This document shows positions 15,729 through 23,137 of a stretch of 64,000 nt of DNA, piece by piece. Made by a program: the position numbers and the translations under genes. This DNA comes from Acidobacteriota bacterium (GTDB taxonomy: Bacteria; Acidobacteriota; Terriglobia; Bryobacterales; Bryobacteraceae). The notes below the pieces were generated by a model that did not search any database, was not told the DNA's origin, and saw nothing but the letters and a program-made list of their open reading frames with translations. Position 1 is the first letter of the stretch. Every line of letters starts with the position of its first letter. The DNA is taken from positions 1,663 through 65,662 of the forward strand of contig VFZO01000003.1 in the NCBI GenBank assembly GCA_016871155.1, given 5' to 3'.

Positions 15729-17162
15729 TTGTTATGCTGGAGTATTCGCTTGAAAATCGGATTCGTTAGCCTCGGATGCCCTAAAAACCTCGTTGACACG
15801 GAGGTGATGATGGGCAACATCTCTTCCTCCGGCCACACGCTTACCGCGTCGCCGGAAGAAGCGGACGTTATTGTCGTCAACACGTGCAGCTTCATTGACC
15901 CCGCGAAAAAAGAATCGATCGACACGATTTTGGAGATGGCCGAGTACAAGAAAACCGGTCGCGCCCAGCGCCTGGTTGTGGCCGGCTGTCTGGTGGAGCG
16001 GTTCCGGAACGAGATCGCCGAACAGCTTCCCGAAGTGGACGCGGTACTTGGCACCAACGAACTCGACAAGGTCGCAGCTCTGTGCGAGGGACTGACACCA
16101 AAAGCCGAAACCCCGGCGCCATATCTGTATCACGATCTGACGCCGCGCGTCCGTACCACGCCGCGCCATTTCGCCTACATGAAGATCGCCGAAGGCTGTG
16201 ATCATCCTTGCACCTTCTGCGTGATCCCACAGTACCGCGGCGCGTTTCGCAGCCGGCGGTTCGAGAGCGTGATCGCCGAGGCGACGAACCTATTTCAGGA
16301 AGGTGTGCGCGAGATCAACCTGATCGGCCAGGATACCACCTGTTACGGCGAGGATCTGGGCCTGCAGGACGGACTGGCTGTGCTGCTGGAGCGCTTGGCC
16401 CAGATCCCCACGGATCACGAAAAGTGGGTGCGCTTCCTGTATTGCTATCCCAATCGCGTCACGCAGAAGCTGCTCGACACCATCGCCGCCAACGCCGCGC
16501 TGGTGAAGTACATCGACATGCCGCTGCAGCACGCCTCGCGTAACATATTGAAACGCATGAAGCGCGGATCGAACGGCGATCAGTTCCTGAAACTGCTAGA
16601 GCGAATCCGCGCCACCATTCCGGGCGTAGCGATTCGAACGTCGATGATCGTAGGCTTTCCCGGTGAATCGGCGGCCGATTTTGAGGAACTCTGCCAATTC
16701 GCCGAGGCCGCCCGGTTTGACCGTTTGGGCGTCTTTACCTACTCCGATGAGGACACAAGCGAAAGCTGGAAGCTCGACGGCAAGGTGGACGCGAAGACCA
16801 TCTATAACCGCAAGCGGAAATTAATGGCCGTGCAGCGCAAGATCAGCCTGCGCCGGAATAAGCAACTGGTGGGCAGCGAATGCACAGTGCTGGTGGAAGG
16901 ACCGTCGAAGGAATCGGAGCTACTGTGGGAGGCGCGTCTTTCCACGCAAGCCCCGGATATCGACGGCGTCTGCTACATCACCGATCCGGGCGAGGGACCG
17001 CTGGCGCCCGGCCAGTTCCGCCGGATGCGTGTGACCAAGGCACACGACTACGATCTGGAAGGCGAACTGCTGGATACAGGCGTGGCCCAGCCGGCGCCGC
17101 CGCGTCCACTGTTCCCCATTCTGGCCGCGCACAATGTGCCGAACGCCCTGCCGCATCGCTAA
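15729..17162 (+). CDS. rimO: ribosomal protein S12 methylthiotransferase RimO
   Basis: KIGFVSLGCPKNLVDTE N-terminus (classic for RimO), radical-SAM CDHPCTFCVIP (CxxxCxxC) and a C-terminal TRAM-like domain. The track start is TTG 15729; TTG 15750 (LKIGFVSL) is an alternative. Confidence 0.9.
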   Translation: MLCWSIRLKIGFVSLGCPKNLVDTEVMMGNISSSGHTLTASPEEADVIVVNTCSFIDPAKKESIDTILEMAEYKKTGRAQRLVVAGCLVERFRNEIAEQLPEVDAVLGTNELDKVAALCEGLTPKAETPAPYLYHDLTPRVRTTPRHFAYMKIAEGCDHPCTFCVIPQYRGAFRSRRFESVIAEATNLFQEGVREINLIGQDTTCYGEDLGLQDGLAVLLERLAQIPTDHEKWVRFLYCYPNRVTQKLLDTIAANAALVKYIDMPLQHASRNILKRMKRGSNGDQFLKLLERIRATIPGVAIRTSMIVGFPGESAADFEELCQFAEAARFDRLGVFTYSDEDTSESWKLDGKVDAKTIYNRKRKLMAVQRKISLRRNKQLVGSECTVLVEGPSKESELLWEARLSTQAPDIDGVCYITDPGEGPLAPGQFRRMRVTKAHDYDLEGELLDTGVAQPAPPRPLFPILAAHNVPNALPHR

Positions 17163-17172
17163 AATCGCTCGT

Positions 17173-17349
17173 ATGAAGTGTCCCATCTGCAAAAAGGAAG
17201 TGGCATTCACCGATCCGGAGATGCCGTTCTGCAGCCCGCGCTGCCGTCTGCTGGACCTAGGGAATTGGGCGTCGGAGAAATATGTGATTTCCTCGCCGAT
17301 TCCGCCGGAAGATCTGGAGAACTTTCCGGTCGACGGGAAGCCGAATTGA
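17173..17349 (+). CDS. yacG: DNA gyrase inhibitor YacG (zinc finger)
   Basis: MKCPICKKEVAFTDPEMPFCSPRCRLLDLGNWASEKY matches CPxC...FCSxRCxxxDLGxW. I use the internal ATG 17173 rather than the track start 17134, which overlaps the rimO end. Confidence 0.8.
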   Translation: MKCPICKKEVAFTDPEMPFCSPRCRLLDLGNWASEKYVISSPIPPEDLENFPVDGKPN

Positions 17350-17780
17350 GCGGACGCCTGGCGACGTGGATCGCCACATGGTTCGGCTGCGGCTATGTGC
17401 CGAAGGGTCCCGGGACCGCCGGGGCGCTGGGCGGTCTGGCTGTCGCCTGTCTGCTGCCGGGCCACATGCCGTGGCTGGTCGCTGGGACCCTCCTGCCATT
17501 TATCTGGGCGGCCGATACCTACGCGAAGCGAAACGGCGCGAAGGATCCGCAGGAAGTAGTGGCCGACGAGGTAATCGGACAGTGGATTACGCTGCTGGGC
17601 GCAACCAGCCTGGCCTCCCCATGGACCTGGCTGATGGCTTTCGCCCTTTTTCGCGCCTTTGACATCCTGAAACCCCCGCCAGTCCGGTGGTTTGAAAAGC
17701 TGCCCGGCGGCGTTGGCATCGTCATGGACGATGTGGCGGCCGGGATCTACGGCGCGCTAGTACTTCGGCTGTTAACGTAA
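17346..17780 (+). CDS. pgpA: phosphatidylglycerophosphatase A
   Basis: WFGCGYVPKGPGTAGALGG, ADEVIGQWITLL and FRAFDILKPPPVRWFEKLPGGVGIVMDDVAAGIY are typical PgpA blocks. The start is placed at TTG 17346, overlapping the yacG stop (TTGA). The start is uncertain. Confidence 0.8.
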   Translation: MSGRLATWIATWFGCGYVPKGPGTAGALGGLAVACLLPGHMPWLVAGTLLPFIWAADTYAKRNGAKDPQEVVADEVIGQWITLLGATSLASPWTWLMAFALFRAFDILKPPPVRWFEKLPGGVGIVMDDVAAGIYGALVLRLLT

Positions 17781-17783
17781 CGG

Positions 17784-19004
17784 TTACTGCACTTTGCCGC
17801 GGGCGTCGACCGCCCAAATGGCTTCCACCTGCTGCCCGCGAACTGCGATCATCTTATCGTAGAGGTTCACACTGGGATCGCAGTGCGGGATAACCAGTTC
17901 CACACGATCACCGAGGTTTACCTTTTTCGCGGCCCCGCGCAGGTCGAGCTTTCCGTGCTCGTCGCCGCCAAACGAGAATTTCGTTCCTTTCAGCGCGCGG
18001 GCCTCCGGCGGGAAGGGTTTGTCGGTGGAGAACGCCTTTAGGCCAGCGTCGAGGATCACGAAATCGTCGCTGGGTTTGCTGTAGGCGGTGGCCAGGACGG
18101 TCAGCGAGTTCTTGAAGTCGCCGTAGAATTCGCCGCCATCCTTGCTGCCGATGCGGTTATAGTCGATGTCCATGAACAGGAAGCTGCCGGGCTGAATCTC
18201 GGTAATGCCGTCGATGTGGGAATCGATATTGTAGGTCCCAGTGGAACCGCCGCTCAGCCAGGAGCACTCGATCCCCTTTTTCTCGAGGATGCGCCGGGTC
18301 TCCACTGCCTTGCCCATAGCCTCCTCGGAACCCTTCTTGCGATTTTCGAAGCCCAAGATGTGAGCGCAGTGGCCCGCGTAGGCCTGGATGCCTTTGAACT
18401 TCAGGTTCGGCTGCTTCACAATATGTTCCACCAGGCCGGCGGCAGGCTCGCCGGGCGTGATGCCGGTGCGGCCCGCGACGGCTAGGTCCACCGCGACATT
18501 GATTTTCTTGCCGGCGGCCCGGGCCGCCTCATTCAGGTCGGTCGTGTTCTGTGCGTTGTCGACAACGAAAATGGTGTCCGGCTTCCGTGCGGCCAGCCGC
18601 ACGGCCCGCTCAATCCGGTACCGGCCCACCATGGCTGTCGTGAGCAGCAGGCCACCGACTCCCCGATCGGCCAGCACCTCGGCCTCGCCGATCTTGGCGG
18701 CGCACGCGCCTACGGCGCCCGCCTTCAGACAGCGATGAGCAATCTCGGCGCATTTATGGGTCTTCGCGTGCGGACGAAACGCGCGGCCCTGCTGCTTCAG
18801 GTACCCCGTCATCGTCGAGATATTCGATTCCAGCGCATCCAGATCGACGACCAACGACGGTGTTGGCAGGTCCTCTTTCAAAAGTTTCCCCTTCACATTC
18901 CCGCTCGCCAGGATCTTCTCCACCTCGGCCCAGGTTCTGGGTGCACCTGCCAAGACGGCTGGCGCTGTAGAGAGTAGAATGCGGCGTGTGACCATGCTCC
19001 TCAC
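17784..19004 (-). CDS. DSD1-family PLP enzyme (D-serine dehydratase / D-threonine aldolase-like, alanine racemase N-terminal fold), apparently exported
   Basis: TPSLVVDLDALESNI...RPHAKTHKCAEIA (PLP-lysine context of the D-threonine aldolase/DSD1 family) and C-terminal ...VIPHCDPSVNLYD. The N-terminus (M)VTRRILLSTAPAVLAGAPRTWA looks like a twin-arginine signal. The GTG start at 19004 overlaps the msrB stop (GTGA); ATG 18995 is an alternative. Confidence 0.75.
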   Translation of the reverse strand: MRSMVTRRILLSTAPAVLAGAPRTWAEVEKILASGNVKGKLLKEDLPTPSLVVDLDALESNISTMTGYLKQQGRAFRPHAKTHKCAEIAHRCLKAGAVGACAAKIGEAEVLADRGVGGLLLTTAMVGRYRIERAVRLAARKPDTIFVVDNAQNTTDLNEAARAAGKKINVAVDLAVAGRTGITPGEPAAGLVEHIVKQPNLKFKGIQAYAGHCAHILGFENRKKGSEEAMGKAVETRRILEKKGIECSWLSGGSTGTYNIDSHIDGITEIQPGSFLFMDIDYNRIGSKDGGEFYGDFKNSLTVLATAYSKPSDDFVILDAGLKAFSTDKPFPPEARALKGTKFSFGGDEHGKLDLRGAAKKVNLGDRVELVIPHCDPSVNLYDKMIAVRGQQVEAIWAVDARGKVQ

Positions 19005-19573
19005 ATCATACGCCCTTGGGCCACGAATCGCAGCGCGGATTCGTTGATACAGTAGCGAAGGCCGCTGGGCTCCGGACCGTCATGAAAGACGTGGCCGAGG
19101 TGTCCGCCGCAGCGCTGACAGGCGACCTCGATCCGCTCCAGCCCCAATTCCACATCCGTGCGAGTGCGGACGTTGCGCGCGTCGGCAGGCGCCCAGAAAC
19201 TCGGCCAGCCGGTGCCGGAATCGAATTTTTCGGTCGAGCGGAACAGCGCCGTTCCGCAGCCCGCGCAGCGGTAAAGGCCTCGCTCCTTTGCGGCATGGTG
19301 GGTACCGGTAAAGGGTGTGTCGGTGCTGCCATGGCGCAAAACATAAAATGCCTGGTTCGAAAGACGGGCTCGCCAATCGGCCGGCTCCAACACCACTCTC
19401 TCCACGGTTTGCACGCCGAGCGGCCGCCCGTCGTTATCGTCGAACTCGGCGATTTCCACCGGTCCGGGCAAAACGGTCTCCACCGTGCCGCGGCGCGAAG
19501 TCAACGCGACCAAACCGGCAAAAGCGAAGGGCGCGATCAGCAGTGCCCGACGCCGCTCCAGGGCTTCCCACAC
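19001..19573 (-). CDS. msrB: peptide-methionine (R)-S-oxide reductase MsrB with an N-terminal export-like segment
   Basis: YRCAGCGTALF...GWPSFW...EVACQRCGGHLGHVFHDGP...RYCINS-like core (two CxxC pairs plus the catalytic RYCIN). The start is placed at GTG 19573 (VWEALERRRALLIAPFAFAGLVAL), 2 nt after the upstream stop. The track start at 19786 lies inside the upstream gene. Confidence 0.85.
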   Translation of the reverse strand: MWEALERRRALLIAPFAFAGLVALTSRRGTVETVLPGPVEIAEFDDNDGRPLGVQTVERVVLEPADWRARLSNQAFYVLRHGSTDTPFTGTHHAAKERGLYRCAGCGTALFRSTEKFDSGTGWPSFWAPADARNVRTRTDVELGLERIEVACQRCGGHLGHVFHDGPEPSGLRYCINESALRFVAQGRMM

Positions 19574-19575
19574 AC

Positions 19576-20847
19576 CTAGAGAGTAGCGTTTTTCAGGTAC
19601 GCCGGCATCCCCTGCTTTGTCGCCTTCAGGATGCCTAGAATATTGCGCCGATCCGCAACGGTCAATCCAGCGTACTTCTTGCCCATGGCGTTGCCGGTGA
19701 GAACCGTATGCAATCGTCGGTACACCGCGTCGAGCGCCTCCGGCGGCATTCCGTCGAACGCCTCTGAGTAGATCATGTAACTGCACGGAAAACGGAACAA
19801 CCGCTTCGTCAGGTCTAACTGGCGCAGTCCCCTTCCCTGCGGGTCGAACGGTCCTCTCCCAGAAAACTTCTCTGCGAAGCCGCTGGAACCGATGACCGGT
19901 CCCGGCAGCGGCGCCTCCTCGACGAACAGCAAGTAGTCGACGAGTTCTTCGGCCGCTTCGCGAATGCGGCGCCGTGTGGAATCGGAACGGGTGGCCGGCG
20001 GATCGCCGAAAATGCCGTTCATCGTCCGCTGGTGGTGCAGTGCATGACGTACCTCGAAGTTCACGCGGACCAGCAGGTTGGTCATCTGCGTCTGGTGCTC
20101 CAGCACCATTAGTGCCACGACATCGCTATTCGGCGTCAGGTACCGGGCCGGATCGAAGCGGCCTTGAATTTGTTGCAGCGACTCCGGCTTATCCCGCTCC
20201 ACCGCGACCATATTCCCCATGTGTTTGCCGGTCTGTTTGCCGGTTACGTACCAGCCGCCCCAGCGATCCTCAAGGGGACTGCGATGATCGGTAATCTTCG
20301 TGCCGGCCTGAAACATGGGGTAGCCGGAGGGTTCCGAGACTACGCTTCGGACGACCAGGCCCGGCACGCCCAAGGTCGCCGTGGATTGGTGGCACTGCAA
20401 GCACGTATCGCGGCGCTCAAAGCGAGGCTTGGCCAGATCTTCCTGATCGAGCGAATAAAAGATAACACCCTGTTGCGGGTCGAGCGACGTGACTTCGACA
20501 ACATCGCCTGTCTGCACAAAGCCGACAGTCACGTCGTCGTTGAAGTAGAGAGCGCGGGGCATCCGCGGTGTGATGCGGGGCGCCTGGAAACTGGTCTTCG
20601 AAAACACCATGACCTGCGACTCGACCGGCACGTCCAGCACCTTCAGGACGGCGGCCAGATAACCGGTGCCGTCATCGCGAAAGGAGAGTTTTTCGCGGCC
20701 GTCGGCAAGCTTCCGATTCAGGCGTGTAATGGGGTCATTCGTCGGACGTTTCGTGTATTCGATCGCCTCGTGATCGAGCGAGACCAGGAACGATCCGCCG
20801 AGCCCGGCGAAGGCGGCCACGGACAAAAACCAAAAACTAGCGCGCAT
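19576..20847 (-). CDS. hypothetical exported protein with a single CXXCH haem-binding motif
   Basis: Signal-like N-terminus MRASFWFLSVAAFAGLGG. One CLQCH motif is encoded at 20403..20389. I recognise no other family motif. Confidence 0.7.
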   Translation of the reverse strand: MRASFWFLSVAAFAGLGGSFLVSLDHEAIEYTKRPTNDPITRLNRKLADGREKLSFRDDGTGYLAAVLKVLDVPVESQVMVFSKTSFQAPRITPRMPRALYFNDDVTVGFVQTGDVVEVTSLDPQQGVIFYSLDQEDLAKPRFERRDTCLQCHQSTATLGVPGLVVRSVVSEPSGYPMFQAGTKITDHRSPLEDRWGGWYVTGKQTGKHMGNMVAVERDKPESLQQIQGRFDPARYLTPNSDVVALMVLEHQTQMTNLLVRVNFEVRHALHHQRTMNGIFGDPPATRSDSTRRRIREAAEELVDYLLFVEEAPLPGPVIGSSGFAEKFSGRGPFDPQGRGLRQLDLTKRLFRFPCSYMIYSEAFDGMPPEALDAVYRRLHTVLTGNAMGKKYAGLTVADRRNILGILKATKQGMPAYLKNATL

Positions 20848-21283
20848 GCAGCACCTCCAATCCGGTCGCGCACAACGGAAGATGCTGTTTGCCGCCTGCG
20901 ATCAGTTCATCCAACGTCGTCGACGCAAACGCCCGCTCCACAAGGGAATATGCGTCGTCCAGCCGCCGGTGCAGCGGACACAGGTTCACGCCATGTTCCT
21001 TCAGTCCCAGCGGGCACGTTTGAATACGCGGAATCGGATCCACCGCGTTGACCACCGTCAGCATCGAGATCTCCGATGCGGGTCGTGCCAGCCGGAAACC
21101 GCCATTGCGGCCTCGCTGGGAATCCACGACGCCGGCCCGGGCCAATTGTTGCAGGACCTTCGACAAGTAGTCCTCCGGCACCAATGTGGCCTCGGCGATG
21201 CGTGTCGCGGTCGCCGGTTCGTCCGGGTGCGCCGCTAGCCACGTTACAGCCCGCAGCGCATATTCGAGAGTGGTTGAGAACAT
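20837..21283 (-). CDS. Rrf2 family transcriptional regulator
   Basis: MFSTTLEYALRAVTWLA...TRIAEATLVPEDYLSKVLQQLARAGVVDSQRGRNGGFRLARP is the canonical Rrf2 winged helix. Cys residues occur in ...IQTCPLGLKEHGVNLCPLH. It is the first gene of a four-gene minus-strand operon. Confidence 0.9.
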   Translation of the reverse strand: MFSTTLEYALRAVTWLAAHPDEPATATRIAEATLVPEDYLSKVLQQLARAGVVDSQRGRNGGFRLARPASEISMLTVVNAVDPIPRIQTCPLGLKEHGVNLCPLHRRLDDAYSLVERAFASTTLDELIAGGKQHLPLCATGLEVLHAR

Positions 21284-21358
21284 CCAGGACGATTATACGA
21301 TAACCGGATCTTTTTATCTAGTTATTGTTCGGAGACCCCATTTGATACCCTCAAAACC

Positions 21359-21823
21359 ATGCGAAAACTTCTCATAGCCCTCAGCCTGATTGCCCTGCCC
21401 GCCTTTCCCCAATTGGCAACAAAGAAGACACTCACCCTGGAAGCTGCCAAGAAGATCGTTGCAGCAGCTGAAGCGGAAGCCCGGAAAAACAACTGGAACG
21501 TGGTTATTTGCGTGGTCGATGAAGGCGCCAGCCTGCTCTTTTTGGAGAAGATGGACGGCACCCAGATCGGGTCAGTCGACATCGCCCAGATGAAGGCTCG
21601 CACCGCGATCAAAATGAAGCGTCCATCCAAAGTCCTTGAGGACGCCGTGGCCGGCGGCCGCAACGCCGTGCTGAAACTGCCGGACGTATTGCCGGTAGAA
21701 GGTGGCTTGCCGTTGACCGTGGACGGCGCGTTTATCGGAGCGATTGGCGTCAGCGGTGTGACCTCCCAGCAGGACGGTCAGATCGCCGCCGCCGGTTTGG
21801 CAGCCCTCGCTTCCATGAAGTAA
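21359..21823 (+). CDS. GlcG/HbpS-like (DUF336) haem-degrading/haem-binding family protein, secreted
   Basis: Signal peptide [18 protein letters not shown], then [36 protein letters not shown]...[16 protein letters not shown], the DUF336 pattern. Confidence 0.8.
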   Translation: MRKLLIALSLIALPAFPQLATKKTLTLEAAKKIVAAAEAEARKNNWNVVICVVDEGASLLFLEKMDGTQIGSVDIAQMKARTAIKMKRPSKVLEDAVAGGRNAVLKLPDVLPVEGGLPLTVDGAFIGAIGVSGVTSQQDGQIAAAGLAALASMK

Positions 21824-21837
21824 CGAGGGCTGGTATA

Positions 21838-21876
21838 CTAAGAGAACGTGCGTTTTGCGCACGTCCCACCTCTTAG
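21838..21876 (+). promoter_or_regulatory. two-tier hairpin between glcG-like stop and rpmI start (leader structure or terminator)
   Basis: CTAAGAG a ACGTGCG ttttg CGCACGT cccac CTCTTAG. There are two perfect 7-bp stems (21838-44/21870-76 and 21846-52/21858-64). It ends 12 nt before the rpmI ATG and has no U-tract. A TATACT hexamer sits at 21835..21840. Confidence 0.35.
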
Positions 21877-21887
21877 GAATACAATCC

Positions 21888-22082
21888 ATGCCAAAGTTGA
21901 AGACCCACAAAGGCGCCGCCAAGCGCTTCAAACGGACCGGTACGGGCAAGGTTAAGCGCCGTCATTCTTTCGCGCGCCACATCCTGACCTCCAAATCGTC
22001 CGGCCGGAAGCGCCGTCTTGCCCAAGGCACGATCATGGATCCCGCCAATTCCCCGGAAATGGCGCGGATGCTGCCTTACTAG
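21888..22082 (+). CDS. rpmI: 50S ribosomal protein L35
   Basis: [26 protein letters not shown]... is the canonical L35. The internal ATG 21888 of track ORF 21855..22082 is used. Confidence 0.95.
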   Translation: MPKLKTHKGAAKRFKRTGTGKVKRRHSFARHILTSKSSGRKRRLAQGTIMDPANSPEMARMLPY

Positions 22083-22177
22083 GCAGCCGGCTAAACCACC
22101 CGAGCGGCCGAGGCGCGAGGCACGTGCCCGTTCCGCCGGTAATACCTACTGAAACGAAAAACAACAAGGAGTAAAAC

Positions 22178-22534
22178 GTGCCCAGAGTAAAACGCGGTAC
22201 AAAGCGTACCGACAATCGCAAGAAAACACTCGAACTTGCGAAAGGCTTTTTCCTCAACAAATCGAAGCTGCACCGCTTCGCGCAGGAAGCCGTTGAAAAA
22301 TCGCTGATATACGGCTACAAGGGCCGCCGCCTGAAGAAGCGCGACTTCCGCTCGCTGTGGATCGTTCGCATTTCGGCCGGTTGCCGCGCCAATGGCATCT
22401 CCTATTCAAAGTTCATGGACGGCCTGAAGAAGGCTTCCATCGACCTCAACCGGAAGATCCTTTCCGACATCGCAACCAACGACGCCGCCGCGTTCACATC
22501 GCTTGTAGATAAGGCCAAAGCGGCGATCGCCTAA
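22178..22534 (+). CDS. rplT: 50S ribosomal protein L20
   Basis: (M)[24 protein letters not shown]...[17 protein letters not shown] is the canonical L20. It has a GTG start preceded by AAGGAG. Confidence 0.95.
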   Translation: MPRVKRGTKRTDNRKKTLELAKGFFLNKSKLHRFAQEAVEKSLIYGYKGRRLKKRDFRSLWIVRISAGCRANGISYSKFMDGLKKASIDLNRKILSDIATNDAAAFTSLVDKAKAAIA

Positions 22535-22560
22535 CACCCCAACCCCAGAGGAATCACACT

Positions 22561-22866
22561 ATGGATTTCGAACTGGAGGATGCAGACTCGTTGAGCGGCC
22601 TGGAGGATCGTGTCCTCCGGGCCGTCAATCTTGTAACGTCCCTCAAGGAAGAGAACGCTCAGCTCAAAGCCCGGCTGGCCACGGCCGAGTCCATGGCGCA
22701 GGCCGCTACCACCGCGCGCGAACAAGCGGAGTCCGTGCTGGCGGACTTTAGAGCCAACAGCGGTAAAGCCGAAAAAGAGTTAGAACTTCTGCTGGCGGAA
22801 CGCAAGCAGGTGAAGACCCGCATCGAAAAGTTGCTGGGACAGATGGACCTATTGAGCGCTACCTAA
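22561..22866 (+). CDS. coiled-coil protein, ZapB-like (cell-division associated)
   Basis: 101 aa with heptad-rich sequence (LEDRVLRAVNLVTSLKEENAQLKARL...ELELLLAERKQVKTRIEKLL). It lies immediately upstream (1-nt gap) of zapA, and AGAGGAA precedes the ATG. Confidence 0.55.
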   Translation: MDFELEDADSLSGLEDRVLRAVNLVTSLKEENAQLKARLATAESMAQAATTAREQAESVLADFRANSGKAEKELELLLAERKQVKTRIEKLLGQMDLLSAT

Positions 22867-22867
22867 T

Positions 22868-23137
22868 ATGTCCAACGGCGCGGCACCAGAAAAGAAAACA
22901 GTACGCGTCAGCATTTTCAATCAGTCGTTCTCCCTGGCTACAACCGGAGATGAAGCCGACGTGGAAGAGCTCGCCCACCGGGTGGATGAGCTGATGAACA
23001 AGATCGCGCGGGGCGCCAACACCGACGCCTCGCGCATCGCGATTCTGGCCTGCATGCATCTGGCGGACGAACTCAGGACCGCCGAGTCCAAGCATCGCAA
23101 GTTGAGCCATATCCTGGAAGACACCCTTAAGCCTTAG
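22868..23137 (+). CDS. zapA: cell division protein ZapA
   Basis: VRVSIFNQSFSLATTGDEADVEELAHRVDELMNKI......RIAILACMHLADEL fits the ZapA family pattern (V.I.G..Y.L, then a helical tail). Confidence 0.75.
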   Translation: MSNGAAPEKKTVRVSIFNQSFSLATTGDEADVEELAHRVDELMNKIARGANTDASRIAILACMHLADELRTAESKHRKLSHILEDTLKP

